This document shows positions 17,425 to 27,868 of a DNA stretch of 64,000 nucleotides, one piece after another. The notes beneath the pieces were generated by a model. That model was not told the origin of the DNA and did no database searches. It saw only the letters and a list, made by a program, of their open reading frames with translations. Position numbers and translations under genes: made by a program. Origin of the DNA: Candidatus Gottesmanbacteria bacterium (GTDB taxonomy: Bacteria > Patescibacteriota > Microgenomatia > UBA10105 > UBA927). Numbering within the stretch: position 1 is the first letter of the stretch; every line of letters starts with the position of its first letter. The DNA is taken from NCBI GenBank assembly GCA_023245335.1, contig JAHFKK010000001.1, forward strand, positions 872,019 to 936,018. The letters run 5' to 3'.

Positions 17425-19479
17425 ATGGAGCTCTCTCTCAATTCTTCCGTCCAGTATGTTCCCCGCGTCGGGCCCTCCATGGCAGGTAAACTACGAAATC
17501 TTGGCATAGAGACTGTCTATGACCTTTTGACATACGTACCGTTCCGTTATGACGATTATTCCCTGATTTCGCCCGTTGCCCGTGTGCAGCCCGGCGAAAC
17601 CATCACTGTTCTGGGGACGCTCACATCCATAAAAACATTCGTTACCAAGCATGGCAAACGGCTAGTGATGGCACGACTGACCGACGACACCGGACATATC
17701 GATATCGTCTGGTTTAATCAACAATACCTCGTAAAGGTATTACATCCGGGAGACACACTAAGTGTTTCGGGCAAGGTCGACTGGTTCGGACCCAAATTCG
17801 TATTCTCATCACCCGCCTATGAGGTCATTCATGATGAAGAAGGGAAGGGGAGTCTCCATACCGGACGGCTTGTACCGGTCTACTCTGAAACTGCCGGATT
17901 ATCTTCAAAGTGGCTTCGCGGACGCATAGATTATGTCCTTACCCATTGTCTCTCGCTCGTCACGGACCGGTTGCCAAAAGAAATCATAGAAAAAGAACAG
18001 CTCATGAATGTACGCGAAGCGATCCAGACCGTGCATTTCCCTGATAGTGCGGAGTCGGCCGACCGCGCCCGGGAAAGACTCGCGTTTGATGAGTTATTTC
18101 TCCTTCTTTTGCGTGCGTATGAACAAAAACATCTGTGGGACACCACACTCAAAGCGCATCCGCTTGGCGTGTTTGCGCCCTCCCTTCTTGCCTTTGAAAA
18201 AGCATTGCCCTTTACCCTCACGACCGACCAAAAAACCGCTATACAGGAAATTCTCAAAGACCTCGCCCGAAAAATCCCCATGAACCGGTTATTGGAAGGC
18301 GACGTAGGAAGCGGAAAAACCGTCGTTGCCTCAGCCGCCATGTATGCCGCGTATATAAACGGACAAAGCTCCATCCTCATGGCACCAACCCAAATCCTCG
18401 CGGAACAGCATTTTCAGACGTTGCAAATGATATTGAAGCCACTCGGCATCGAGACTGGGCTCGTCATCGGGGGACAGAAAAAGTCTAAACAGATCGAAAC
18501 GAAGACGGCACGCATCCTGGTCGGCACGCACGCTCTTTTGACTTCGGACATTTTACCCCGCAAAATCGGGTGCATCGTCATAGACGAACAGCAACGCTTC
18601 GGGGTCAATCAGCGCGCAGAACTTCGTAAATTAACTCACACGGCATTTACCCCTCATCAGCTCACTATGACGGCAACCCCCATCCCGCGAACACTCGCAC
18701 AAACGGTGTTCGGAAACGTAGATCTTTCGGTCCTCATAAGCCTCCCAAGCGGCAGGAAGCCAGTGAAAACCTGGGTTGTCCCGCAAACGAAACGCGCAGC
18801 CGCCTATGCCTGGATAGACAAAGAGCTCACGAAAGACCGTTCACAGGCATTTATCGTCTGTCCGCTTATAGATGAATCTGAATCGTTAGGCGCTGTAAAA
18901 GCCGCGACAGCAGAATACGCCCGTCTCAAAGAGCGTGTATTCCCCAAGCGCACCGTGGGCCTTTTGCATGGACGGATGAAATCGGACGAAAAAACAGCGG
19001 TACTCGACGCATTCCGCCAAAAATCCATCGACATCCTCGTCAGCACCCCGGTCGTAGAGGTTGGCATCGACATCCCCAACGCCACGATTATGGTTATTGA
19101 GGCAGCCGAACGGTTTGGACTATCGCAACTCCATCAACTACGGGGGCGGGTCGGCCGGAGCGATAAATCATCGTACTGTCTCCTGTTCACAGAGAACGAG
19201 ACCCCGGAGGTCATGACGCGCCTCAAGGCGCTTGAATCTGTGCACAACGGACCGAAACTCGCTGAACTCGATTTGACGCTTCGCGGACCCGGAGAACTGT
19301 TTGGAACCCGTCAACACGGTGTGCCGGGCCTGACGCTTGCACGTCTTACGGATACTGCGATGGTAGCCCGTGCCAGGCGCTCTGTCGGATCATTAGTTAC
19401 CAAAGACCCGAACCTTACTGCGTTTCCCCACTTGAGAGAAATCCTCGATCAGAGTAAAATAGACAGTATCAAAGACTAA
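17425..19479 (+). CDS. recG: ATP-dependent DNA helicase RecG.
   Basis: Wedge and N-terminal domains, Walker A GDVGSGKT, DEQQRFGV, and helicase motif VI QLRGRVGRS. The ORF is open from 17386; the internal Met at about 17425 is the likely start. Confidence 0.8.
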   Translation: MELSLNSSVQYVPRVGPSMAGKLRNLGIETVYDLLTYVPFRYDDYSLISPVARVQPGETITVLGTLTSIKTFVTKHGKRLVMARLTDDTGHIDIVWFNQQYLVKVLHPGDTLSVSGKVDWFGPKFVFSSPAYEVIHDEEGKGSLHTGRLVPVYSETAGLSSKWLRGRIDYVLTHCLSLVTDRLPKEIIEKEQLMNVREAIQTVHFPDSAESADRARERLAFDELFLLLLRAYEQKHLWDTTLKAHPLGVFAPSLLAFEKALPFTLTTDQKTAIQEILKDLARKIPMNRLLEGDVGSGKTVVASAAMYAAYINGQSSILMAPTQILAEQHFQTLQMILKPLGIETGLVIGGQKKSKQIETKTARILVGTHALLTSDILPRKIGCIVIDEQQRFGVNQRAELRKLTHTAFTPHQLTMTATPIPRTLAQTVFGNVDLSVLISLPSGRKPVKTWVVPQTKRAAAYAWIDKELTKDRSQAFIVCPLIDESESLGAVKAATAEYARLKERVFPKRTVGLLHGRMKSDEKTAVLDAFRQKSIDILVSTPVVEVGIDIPNATIMVIEAAERFGLSQLHQLRGRVGRSDKSSYCLLFTENETPEVMTRLKALESVHNGPKLAELDLTLRGPGELFGTRQHGVPGLTLARLTDTAMVARARRSVGSLVTKDPNLTAFPHLREILDQSKIDSIKD

Positions 19480-19555
19480 CCGGGCATATTGTCTTTATCC
19501 GGCATATGTTCGTCCGTCAAAAGTTACTTTGTCAATTTGTTAACTGTTACATACT

Positions 19556-19786
19556 ATGACTCCATTACCGAAACGCCGACATTCGACCAGGAGACAGGGG
19601 AAACGACAGGCGGCACTGTCGCTCAAGCTTCCCAGTCTTCTTACGTGCCCGAACTGCGGCAGTTTACGCTTGCCGCATCGGGTGTGTGAATACTGCGGCT
19701 ACTACGGCGGCAAACAAGTTATGACGGTAAAATCGAAGGACAAAAAGTCCGCCAAAGGCGGATCGGCCTCGGGCCGAAAAAAATAA
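19556..19786 (+). CDS. rpmF: 50S ribosomal protein L32.
   Basis: CPNCGSLRLPHRVCEYCGYYGGK is the L32 zinc-ribbon motif. Basic N-terminus. Confidence 0.75.
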   Translation: MTPLPKRRHSTRRQGKRQAALSLKLPSLLTCPNCGSLRLPHRVCEYCGYYGGKQVMTVKSKDKKSAKGGSASGRKK

Positions 19787-19847
19787 CGTGTCATGCGTCA
19801 CCTGTTATGGGAATAACTCCATAATGTGTGATACCTGATACCTCGAC

Positions 19848-20213
19848 ATGAAGACTGCGCTAGACCCCCGACATCAACATCGCATCACCAGGATGCAGCA
19901 ACTATTCAGCTTCAGTTTTGACGATAAGAATCCGCCGGAAGCAATCACTCCCATTCTCAAAAACATGGATGCTCTGGATGCGCTTATCCAAAAAGCTGCT
20001 CCGGAATGGCCGCTACCCAAAATCGCCAAAATCGACCTCGCTATCCTTCGGCTTGCCGTCTGGGAGCTCGCGTATGAGGGCAAGGAGCCCCCAAAAGTGA
20101 TTATCGATGAAGCGGTCGAACTCGCCAAATCCTACGGCAACGAGCATAGCGCCAAATTTATAAACGGAGCACTGGGTACCGTATTTAAATACATAGGAGA
20201 AAGGAAACCATGA
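19848..20213 (+). CDS. nusB: Transcription antitermination factor NusB.
   Basis: DLAILRLAVWELAY and VIIDEAVELAKSYGNEHSAKFINGALG match the NusB core. ATGA overlap with rnc. Confidence 0.75.
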   Translation: MKTALDPRHQHRITRMQQLFSFSFDDKNPPEAITPILKNMDALDALIQKAAPEWPLPKIAKIDLAILRLAVWELAYEGKEPPKVIIDEAVELAKSYGNEHSAKFINGALGTVFKYIGERKP

Positions 20214-20896
20214 CCCTCACCGACCTACGGGAAACGATTCATATTACGTTCAAAAACGAGGCGCTACTGAAACAAGCGTTTGTACACCGCTCATACCTTA
20301 ACGAGTCCAAAGAATTCAGGGAATCCAACGAACGGCTGGAATTCCTGGGCGACGCCGTTTTGTCCTTCATCACATCGCATTACCTCTTCACAACCTATCC
20401 GCATTTCCCCGAAGGGATCCTCACCAACATACGCTCGACACTCGTAAAAACCAAAAGTCTATCGGATGCCGCGACAGACCTCCATCTTGGCGAACTTCTG
20501 CTTTTAAGTCATGGGGAGGAGTCCTCCGGTGGCAGGAAGAACGAATCACTCCTCGCAGATTGTTTTGAGGCTCTCTTGGGAGCCATATTTCTCGATCAGG
20601 GCGTCGACGTCGCACGACAGTTTTTGCTCTCGGTTTTACTCCCACGATCCGAAGAAATCGTGCGTACCAAAAGTTATGTGGATTACAAAAGTCTGCTCCA
20701 GGAACTGGTACAGGAACAAACGAAAGTTTCTCCCACATACCGCGTCATCAAAAGTGAAGGACCCGACCACAACAAGATATTCTGGGTAGAAGTCCTGACG
20801 GGGGAAACGGTCCTCGGAGAGGGGAAAGGCAAATCCAAACAGGAAGCAGAGCAAGCTGCCGCGGCAACAGCGCTTGAGAAGTACCCCAAACCGTGA
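20210..20896 (+). CDS. rnc: Ribonuclease III.
   Basis: ERLEFLGDAVL signature and a C-terminal dsRBD. Confidence 0.9.
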   Translation: MTLTDLRETIHITFKNEALLKQAFVHRSYLNESKEFRESNERLEFLGDAVLSFITSHYLFTTYPHFPEGILTNIRSTLVKTKSLSDAATDLHLGELLLLSHGEESSGGRKNESLLADCFEALLGAIFLDQGVDVARQFLLSVLLPRSEEIVRTKSYVDYKSLLQELVQEQTKVSPTYRVIKSEGPDHNKIFWVEVLTGETVLGEGKGKSKQEAEQAAAATALEKYPKP

Positions 20897-20911
20897 TAAA
20901 ATATCATTCTT

Positions 20912-21145
20912 ATGCTCAAAATTCGCTTAGCCCAATACGGGTCTAAAAATCGCCGGACATTTAGGATCGTCGCGATCGATGAACGCAAACGCAGGAACGG
21001 CACCCCGGTCGAGATACTCGGGTTTTATAATCCGCTCGTTACACCCGCACAGATTTCCATCGACCATGACCGTTTAGCCTATTGGCAAAAACAGGGAGCT
21101 ATCGTCACCTCCGGAGTGATGAAGCTTCTCACCCCTTCAAAATGA
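20912..21145 (+). CDS. rpsP: 30S ribosomal protein S16.
   Basis: MLKIRLAQYGSKNRRTFRIVAIDERKRRNG. Confidence 0.9.
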   Translation: MLKIRLAQYGSKNRRTFRIVAIDERKRRNGTPVEILGFYNPLVTPAQISIDHDRLAYWQKQGAIVTSGVMKLLTPSK

Positions 21146-21399
21146 AAGACACCCTTCTCTACCTCGTGACCGCCCTTGTCGATCATCCTGAAGCGATCGA
21201 AATCGAAGAAAAGATGGATGGAGACGCGACGATATATATCCTGCATGTGCACCCCGATGACATGGGAAGAGTTATCGGCAAAAGCGGGCGCATCATACGA
21301 GCCGTTCGGGACCTCATGAAAATCATCGCAGCCAAACGGGATCAATTCGTCGACGTTGAGCTCTTTGAAGAACCGGAACCTCCGCAGCCGACTCCATAG
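21139..21399 (+). CDS. KH-domain RNA-binding protein (YlqC/UPF0109 family).
   Basis: KH GxxG motif VIGKSGRII. Conserved position between rpsP and trmD. The true start is the internal MKDTLLYL. Confidence 0.7.
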   Translation, partial: KMKDTLLYLVTALVDHPEAIEIEEKMDGDATIYILHVHPDDMGRVIGKSGRIIRAVRDLMKIIAAKRDQFVDVELFEEPEPPQPTP

Positions 21400-21401
21400 A
21401 T

Positions 21402-22109
21402 ATGATGCGTATCTCCATTCTGACTCTGTTTCCCGAAATGTTTAGGGGACCATTTGACGTGTCCATCATCGGGCGTGCCCAAAAAAAGCACGCTGTAGAC
21501 ATACATATGGTGAACCTACGGGACTATGCGACGGGCGCCTACAAATCCGTCGATGATCATCCCTACGGGGGAGGCATCGGTATGATTCTCCGGGTAGACG
21601 TCGTCGACCGCGCGATCTCTGCGATCAAAAAAACGGATCTCTCCCAAAAAATCCATACGGTACTCCTGGATCCCTCAGGCGTTCCTTACAAGGAAAAAGA
21701 TGCACAAAGGCTTACGACGTACACACACCTTATTCTCGTCTGCGCACATTACGAAGGGGTAGATGAACGCATACGCGGCCTGGTCGATGAAGAAATATCA
21801 GTCGGGGACTATATCCTGACCGGCGGCGAATTGCCTGCGATGATCGTGACAGATAGCATCGTTCGACTCATCCCCGGAGTTCTTACAAAAAAAGAAGCAA
21901 CGGTCGACGAGTCATTTGGCCCATCGGGAATCCTCGAATACCCGCAGTATACACGTCCCGACACCTATAAAAAACAAAAAGTTCCCTCTATTCTCCTTTC
22001 CGGGAATCACGCTGAAATTCACTCGTGGCGGAAGCGAGAAGCCCAAAAGCGTACTAAAATACGCCGTCCGGATCTTTTATTTCGAGAGAACGAAAACCAC
22101 GACCGTTAG
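21402..22109 (+). CDS. trmD: tRNA (guanine37-N1)-methyltransferase.
   Basis: MRISILTLFPEMF and YGGGIGMIL SPOUT motifs. Confidence 0.9.
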   Translation: MMRISILTLFPEMFRGPFDVSIIGRAQKKHAVDIHMVNLRDYATGAYKSVDDHPYGGGIGMILRVDVVDRAISAIKKTDLSQKIHTVLLDPSGVPYKEKDAQRLTTYTHLILVCAHYEGVDERIRGLVDEEISVGDYILTGGELPAMIVTDSIVRLIPGVLTKKEATVDESFGPSGILEYPQYTRPDTYKKQKVPSILLSGNHAEIHSWRKREAQKRTKIRRPDLLFRENENHDR

Positions 22110-22132
22110 ATCGTGGGATTTTTATCCTCTGA

Positions 22133-22867
22133 CTAGGGAGCAAACGGGTTGTCTTTAGCTTTTTCGGTGACCGGCGAAGGCAATATGGCCGAGGTCTGAT
22201 CAGTGAGAAGTGTAAGATTGGCGATTTTCTCCAAGGTTACTTGTTCGGCGTCGGTAAGCGGTGTCACTGCTTCTGCCGCGACCCCCAGAGTCGTAGGGAA
22301 CGGCTCATAAAACGCGTCCATATTCAGTACGACCGATATCGTGTTTGTCGTTTTCGGGAATGAGATAGCAAACGTACGGATCCGTAGAATTCTGCGGATC
22401 GTCGGCGCCTCGGATATGAATTGCTCGATCCCCGTAAACGTACCGACTATTGTCACGGTGAATGGTACCAAACGGGTGCCAAGCTGTCGTTCAACCGGTG
22501 TTTGTTTTGTAGCTGATGCTGTCGCTATGTAGCCACCCGCTGATACCTGCATTTTATCTACCGAAACGCCCGATTGCGCAGCCAATGATTCTACCGTGTT
22601 AAAAACCGTCGGAATGGATTTATCGGCAGGGACTGCCGATAACGCAGTCAATAACTGGTCACGCAAGGTGGATTCATCCAGCGACTGAAGGTACGAGAGC
22701 TTTTGTTTCAGGCCATCCCGTTCCTGAGTCAGGGTCGAAAGCTGTCCAAGCTCATCGGCAATTTTCAAAGCCGACGGGATGATACCGAAAACAAATCCGG
22801 CAACACAAATAATCAGTATGACGCCTGATATGATGAGATGCTCGTACGTTTGCAATAGTTTCTTCAT
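22133..22867 (-). CDS. pilO: Type IV pilus assembly protein PilO-like.
   Basis: Single N-terminal TM helix then coiled coil. Last gene of a pilM-pilN-pilO series. Confidence 0.55.
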   Translation of the reverse strand: MKKLLQTYEHLIISGVILIICVAGFVFGIIPSALKIADELGQLSTLTQERDGLKQKLSYLQSLDESTLRDQLLTALSAVPADKSIPTVFNTVESLAAQSGVSVDKMQVSAGGYIATASATKQTPVERQLGTRLVPFTVTIVGTFTGIEQFISEAPTIRRILRIRTFAISFPKTTNTISVVLNMDAFYEPFPTTLGVAAEAVTPLTDAEQVTLEKIANLTLLTDQTSAILPSPVTEKAKDNPFAP

Positions 22868-23403
22868 AGCATCGGAACGAATGTGAGACCCAGCTGTACC
22901 GTACCGTCCGCAAGCATGCTAAATGACGTGAGCTGGCTCAAGCGTAGCGACCCGTTATCGGACAAATCAATCACGTTTTTCACGAGCGTTACCACCGCGT
23001 CTACGCTGCCAAGCTTAAACTGCACGGCCACATGACCGGTACCGTCGACCGTTAGAGAATCATACGCTTCAGCCGGAGCTATAGCAGTCAAAAGCGGAAA
23101 GAGTTTTGCCCAATTTGTCGTGGAGCTAAGAGCCTTGCCGGCGAGGACAATGCGCTGTTTCAGGGATATGATGATCCCTTCTTTGACGCTTTGCGCCTGT
23201 ATCTGTACGGCTAAATCTACTTTCTCGTTGTTGAGGGCCTGAGCACGGGAAGCGATAACAAAATAGCTTATTCCTACCGTGATCCCGATACCGAAAAGTA
23301 TGCCGAGCGACCAAAGCGAAATGAGGCGGAGCCTCGCTTCGAGATCCTTGAAACCAGCGGATCCGCCGGTTTTTTTCAATAAGTTGATATTAGCGCTTTC
23401 CAT
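22864..23403 (-). CDS. pilN: Type IV pilus assembly protein PilN.
   Basis: N-terminal INLL motif, single TM helix, periplasmic domain. Overlaps pilO by 4 nt. Confidence 0.65.
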   Translation of the reverse strand: MESANINLLKKTGGSAGFKDLEARLRLISLWSLGILFGIGITVGISYFVIASRAQALNNEKVDLAVQIQAQSVKEGIIISLKQRIVLAGKALSSTTNWAKLFPLLTAIAPAEAYDSLTVDGTGHVAVQFKLGSVDAVVTLVKNVIDLSDNGSLRLSQLTSFSMLADGTVQLGLTFVPML

Positions 23404-23413
23404 GCGGTGCCTT

Positions 23414-24442
23414 CTATTCTCTTAGCGCCAATCCCATCGCGACGGTAAACGTCGGGCCTTCGCTATCCAGGACCCGGAATCTCGGATCACGCGTGATACC
23501 CACCCAAGGATTGGCAAGTTGCGCCTCTATGCCCACATTTTGTGCTATGTAGACAACCATTCCCGGCAATTTCGCTGTGCCGCCTGATAAAATAATCGCT
23601 TCTACACGCTCATCTTTATGCTTCTCTGCATAAAAGGCAAGCGCCCGCTTCATCTCACCTATTATCGTATCCATGATGGGCTTGACTGCTGTGACGATCT
23701 TGCCCTGTAATTTATCCTGTTCTAACCCGTAGGTGCGCTTAAATTCCTCCGCCTGATTGGTGTTAAAGTCCAGGCCGGAAACCAGAGCCCGTGACAGCGC
23801 TTCACCTCCCGCAGCAATCGAGCGAGTGAATGCGAGTACACCGTTTCGCAAAATCGCGAGATCAGTCGTCTGCGCGCCCAAGGACACCAAAAGCACGGCG
23901 TTTTTGACGGTCGCGACCGACCGGGAGAGGGCCCTTGCCGTCGCGATAATTTCCGTTTCCGCAGCGATAGGGATAAGCTCCGCCATCTCGATAATGGTAA
24001 GGTATTTTTCCAATAAGTTTTTCGGCGCTGCAACCAGGAGGACATCCATTTTATCCGTGCCGGTTTCTTTGGCATCACGCAATATGGAGTAGTCGAGATT
24101 GACCTGATCCAGGGGGAGGGGAATATATTGCTCCGCTTCCCAGCCTATGGCAGAGGTGAGCTCACGCTGTGACAGAGACGGCACTTCTATGACACGGGTA
24201 AATACCTGGGATTCGGGAAGGGCAAGTGCCACCTGATCTGCTTTTGCGCCAGTTTCCTTTATAAGCTGTGTTATGGCTTGTGCTACAGCTCTATGATCTC
24301 CTTCTACTGCTGACGCGAGGGCTTTGGGCGGCGTGGGGATGCTTCCTGCGGCGAGTAAAGTGAGTGTGGTACCGGATTGTCCTATTTCTATAAGCTTGAT
24401 GCTATGCGTACCGATATCCAGCCCGAGCAGGGATTTAGCCAT
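23414..24442 (-). CDS. pilM: Type IV pilus assembly ATPase-fold protein PilM (actin-like).
   Basis: GLDIGTHSIKLIE actin/FtsA-like N-terminus. 342 aa. Confidence 0.75.
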   Translation of the reverse strand: MAKSLLGLDIGTHSIKLIEIGQSGTTLTLLAAGSIPTPPKALASAVEGDHRAVAQAITQLIKETGAKADQVALALPESQVFTRVIEVPSLSQRELTSAIGWEAEQYIPLPLDQVNLDYSILRDAKETGTDKMDVLLVAAPKNLLEKYLTIIEMAELIPIAAETEIIATARALSRSVATVKNAVLLVSLGAQTTDLAILRNGVLAFTRSIAAGGEALSRALVSGLDFNTNQAEEFKRTYGLEQDKLQGKIVTAVKPIMDTIIGEMKRALAFYAEKHKDERVEAIILSGGTAKLPGMVVYIAQNVGIEAQLANPWVGITRDPRFRVLDSEGPTFTVAMGLALRE

Positions 24443-24495
24443 ACATTCAGTATCGGATATCGGATATCAGGAGTCAAGAATGAGAGAGGCCACAT

Positions 24496-25347
24496 TTAAT
24501 CTGACAGATCTTGCTGGCTATACAGGACGTTATCAAATAGGTTGAGAGGAGCCCGAAATTGCTGATAAACGACGATTCTGCGTGTGACTCCGGCGCCTGA
24601 CGTGCCGACCGACTCCACGCGCTTGCCCTGCTCGGGCAATGTGTTTGTACCCGTATCTATAGCGACATTGGTGTCAGCATAAATCGCACGAATCCGCATC
24701 ATGCGTAAATTGCCGGTTGCCGCACTCACATCTACTGTATTGCTAAAATCAGTTGCAAAAACTATGTGCTGGCGATACATAGTTGCGTTCCCGCATCCGT
24801 TACTCGTTGCGGTAGGAGTGATAAATCCGTTATCAGTCCGTCTCGTAGCATCCGGATCATAAGTTCTTCGAAATACCGTACCGTTTGATAACCACACGCT
24901 CACCTCCAGAGCCGGTTCCACGGTTTCCTGAGACCAGCAGACATCAATCGAATTGCCCCTGTATGCGGTCCCGGTCGGTGGCCCGAGCGTATTGTCCGTC
25001 GCATTATGACTTGCAAGCCATAACGTCTGAACCGTGCCTTGCAGAGTCTTTTGCGGAAATGTATACACCCCGGTCGCTCCTCCGATGGATGCCACGGATA
25101 CGGTGTACTGACTGCCATTAGACAACACCTGTGCGGAGGTACTGCCCTGACCGCTTCTGAGAGAATCTTCTATCCCTGCTTCGGCCGCATTAAATGCCCG
25201 GGCGGAATCTTCTACCTTATTACTAATCGACAAATCCGTCGTCGTACGCGCAATAAGAGCTAGAGCAATCGTCACGGCTATAGTGAGCACCAAAAGTGTC
25301 ACCAATAGAACTTGCCCTTCTGATTGCCGTATTATATTTCTTCTCAT
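24496..25347 (-). CDS. PilX-like minor pilin/pilus assembly protein.
   Basis: N-terminal RQSEGQVLLVTLLVLTIAVTIALALIARTT resembles the PilX_N hydrophobic segment. The remainder is Ser/Thr/Gly-rich. Confidence 0.45.
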   Translation of the reverse strand: MRRNIIRQSEGQVLLVTLLVLTIAVTIALALIARTTTDLSISNKVEDSARAFNAAEAGIEDSLRSGQGSTSAQVLSNGSQYTVSVASIGGATGVYTFPQKTLQGTVQTLWLASHNATDNTLGPPTGTAYRGNSIDVCWSQETVEPALEVSVWLSNGTVFRRTYDPDATRRTDNGFITPTATSNGCGNATMYRQHIVFATDFSNTVDVSAATGNLRMMRIRAIYADTNVAIDTGTNTLPEQGKRVESVGTSGAGVTRRIVVYQQFRAPLNLFDNVLYSQQDLSD

Positions 25348-25394
25348 ATATTATTTTTTTCTACTTACTACTTTCTATTTACTGTTTACTAAGT

Positions 25395-27128
25395 TTACGG
25401 TTCCACCTCCTGCCACGTCGTACCGACTTCTTTCATGGCGTCCGGCATAAGCCAAACGAGATTCGGATTGTAGATGAAAAGTTGCGCCGCATTATCCTTA
25501 TTATGGCCTATCGACTCAAAACTTCTGCCTAAGGTAAAATTATCTGCGATAAATATCCCCTTGCCGACGAAACGCTCTTTACCGGCTACTGTGCTTAAAC
25601 CGGTATTCAGTGTGCCGCCGCTTATGTAGATACCCTCCACATTCGGCGTCGTACTGTTGTATGCATCACCGACACTCGGATCGACAGTAATATTATTTCT
25701 CACAATAAATGTAACAAACCCAGTGCCGGTGATACGGATGTTACCGGCGATATTCAGGTTGCCGTCGATGATGAAAACAAGGTTCTGCCCGTCGCCTACT
25801 GACCAATCGCCGCTTGTGGTGACGTCTCCGGTCAGATAGTAGGGAGTCGTGCGACTTGCGGGCTGAGTGAGGGGAGTGGTCAGCGTATCCGGAGTCGTCG
25901 GAGCCCCAAGCCGACCGTAAAAATAATCATAAAAACTCATCTTCGCATTTGGTTTATCATTCACCAGCCAATGATCATTATTTACATACGCCGCACCCAA
26001 ACCGCCTTCCGGGTTGAAGTCAAAGCTTCCCAGTGCACCTCCGTATGTCACCACTCCGGATGTCCAGTCCGTTCCCACGGGATTATCAAGACCAAAGAAC
26101 CTCGGAGTCACGGTGCTAGGGACACCGGACGAGATAGCGTTTGCGGCGTAGACGTCTCCTCCCTGAGTTTGAAACCACGGTCCGATCGGGCCGTACGCGA
26201 CGTCAAATTGAGCGCTGTCACTCGCTTGCATAACCACCGAAAATGAACCGAAATGATGACCCACTTTATCAGTTAAACAGTCTCGAATTGATTCCGTCGT
26301 ACTAGCCTGCGGTATGAGTGTATATGTATCAGGAGGAACGAGAAAATGGACATATTCGCCATCTGTTTGTGTTAAAGGATCAGATGTGCTTGATCCTACC
26401 TTAATCGAAAATTGTGTTCCATTTCGTGTTGCAGAATCCGTACTATTTAATATCTCGTCACATGTAACTGGCATATGTGTCATAGTAACGGCGCGAGCCT
26501 GTATATATGCCGGGCTAATGGCTATTGGCGGCGTTGGGGTACTACCGGAGCCCCCACCTCCACTCCCATTATTCGTTTGGTTCGTGCTAAATGGAAAAAA
26601 AGCTTTTGAATATATTGGGTTATGGTTCGCGTCGTACCCTGTTATCGGTCCATTCCCTATATAATACCCTTGCAAACTCGACCCGGAGCTTATTTTAGCA
26701 ATGAAAGCACCCCATTGACCGGGAGCGTCCGATAAACCTAAAAATCCCTGCATTACCCCGCCAGTCACTTTTGACAAATCTATAAAACACGTACTGCCTG
26801 AACACGAGCCGGGAGTTAATTGTAAACCTAAGCTGGCTAATTGATTTTTGAGATCAGCTACCTGTCTTGACATCTCATTGTAATATGAGTTCGCCGCAGG
26901 ATTATTCGCCAAAAAATTATTCAGCGCTTCCCCCGATAATCCACTCGTGGGATTCCAGCTTCTGCAGCCACTGCCGCAATGTGGATTTTCATTACTATTC
27001 CACTTGCCCCCCGAAGAAAAACCATTGTGGATACCTGCTTGAACGGGAGATAATACAGATATAGAAACCGCTAAAACTAACGATAATCCTAAACTCACCA
27101 AAATGTTTCTAATGATTTTATGCTTCAT
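25395..27128 (-). CDS. Large secreted protein, possibly beta-helical (candidate pilus-associated adhesin).
   Basis: Signal peptide MKHKIIRNILVSLGLSLVLAVSISVLSPVQA. Gly/Ser/Thr/Asn-rich repeats in the C-terminal half. Lies inside the minor-pilin region. Confidence 0.35.
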   Translation of the reverse strand: MKHKIIRNILVSLGLSLVLAVSISVLSPVQAGIHNGFSSGGKWNSNENPHCGSGCRSWNPTSGLSGEALNNFLANNPAANSYYNEMSRQVADLKNQLASLGLQLTPGSCSGSTCFIDLSKVTGGVMQGFLGLSDAPGQWGAFIAKISSGSSLQGYYIGNGPITGYDANHNPIYSKAFFPFSTNQTNNGSGGGGSGSTPTPPIAISPAYIQARAVTMTHMPVTCDEILNSTDSATRNGTQFSIKVGSSTSDPLTQTDGEYVHFLVPPDTYTLIPQASTTESIRDCLTDKVGHHFGSFSVVMQASDSAQFDVAYGPIGPWFQTQGGDVYAANAISSGVPSTVTPRFFGLDNPVGTDWTSGVVTYGGALGSFDFNPEGGLGAAYVNNDHWLVNDKPNAKMSFYDYFYGRLGAPTTPDTLTTPLTQPASRTTPYYLTGDVTTSGDWSVGDGQNLVFIIDGNLNIAGNIRITGTGFVTFIVRNNITVDPSVGDAYNSTTPNVEGIYISGGTLNTGLSTVAGKERFVGKGIFIADNFTLGRSFESIGHNKDNAAQLFIYNPNLVWLMPDAMKEVGTTWQEVEP

Positions 27129-27131
27129 ATA

Positions 27132-27797
27132 TTATTTTGCGTTCGGAGTCACGTTCGTATCCGGAATCGCCTCGCCATTATAAGACGTATTTACACAGCT
27201 AGAATTACTCGTGAACAATATGACGTGTACTAGGGGATATGTACCATCCTTATCCTGCATCGGACGCAGTAAATAAAGCTTCGCGGGGTCACCGCTTATT
27301 AGATCTTGACGGAAATTGTTCAACGCGTCGGGAGCTAAATTCCCCCGGAATGCATCTCCGTTAAAAATAAATCCATAATTTACTAAATCAATTTTGGGGT
27401 TTACCGATTGGGGCGTATGAACAGTCACCATGTCCGGAGCGGCACATATGTAGCTCGTATCATTATTAAACCGATACCGTCGTTGTTCGAGGGAATTAAA
27501 CTCATGAGCATAAAGAATCCCTTCTACTTCGTGATCAACAATGACGTTTGCGACATATTTGGGTATCCGAATAGTTTGACCATCAGAGCCAATTTTTTTT
27601 TCAAAGGCCGACTCGATAGACTGGGACCAGACGCTCTGGACAAATCCTCCCAGTTGCAATATACGTTTACCCGCAATCACCACTTCAAAGCCTCTATCCG
27701 TATAGAGCAGAAGCAAATGGACACCCAAAATAAATACAGTTAGCAAGGCGAAGGCAGATGCTAAAAGCAGAATACGTCGCCTTATAGAACGACTCAT
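27132..27797 (-). CDS. Single-pass membrane protein, hypothetical.
   Basis: N-terminal TM anchor then a roughly 190-aa extracytoplasmic domain. No recognisable motif. Confidence 0.3.
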   Translation of the reverse strand: MSRSIRRRILLLASAFALLTVFILGVHLLLLYTDRGFEVVIAGKRILQLGGFVQSVWSQSIESAFEKKIGSDGQTIRIPKYVANVIVDHEVEGILYAHEFNSLEQRRYRFNNDTSYICAAPDMVTVHTPQSVNPKIDLVNYGFIFNGDAFRGNLAPDALNNFRQDLISGDPAKLYLLRPMQDKDGTYPLVHVILFTSNSSCVNTSYNGEAIPDTNVTPNAK

Positions 27798-27868
27798 ATT
27801 ATGATCATAGAGTCATTGGAAAAAAATAGTCAAGTAGCAATCGATTGATAACCGCAGAGTATTTATAG

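Noticed and set aside
19529-19558. TTGTCA, 17 nt, TACTAT promoter for rpmF, and a similar TACAAT overlapping the PBP ATG at about 16033.
   Set aside because: The -10 hexamers overlap the ATG itself, so transcription would initiate downstream of the start codon. Likely coincidental.
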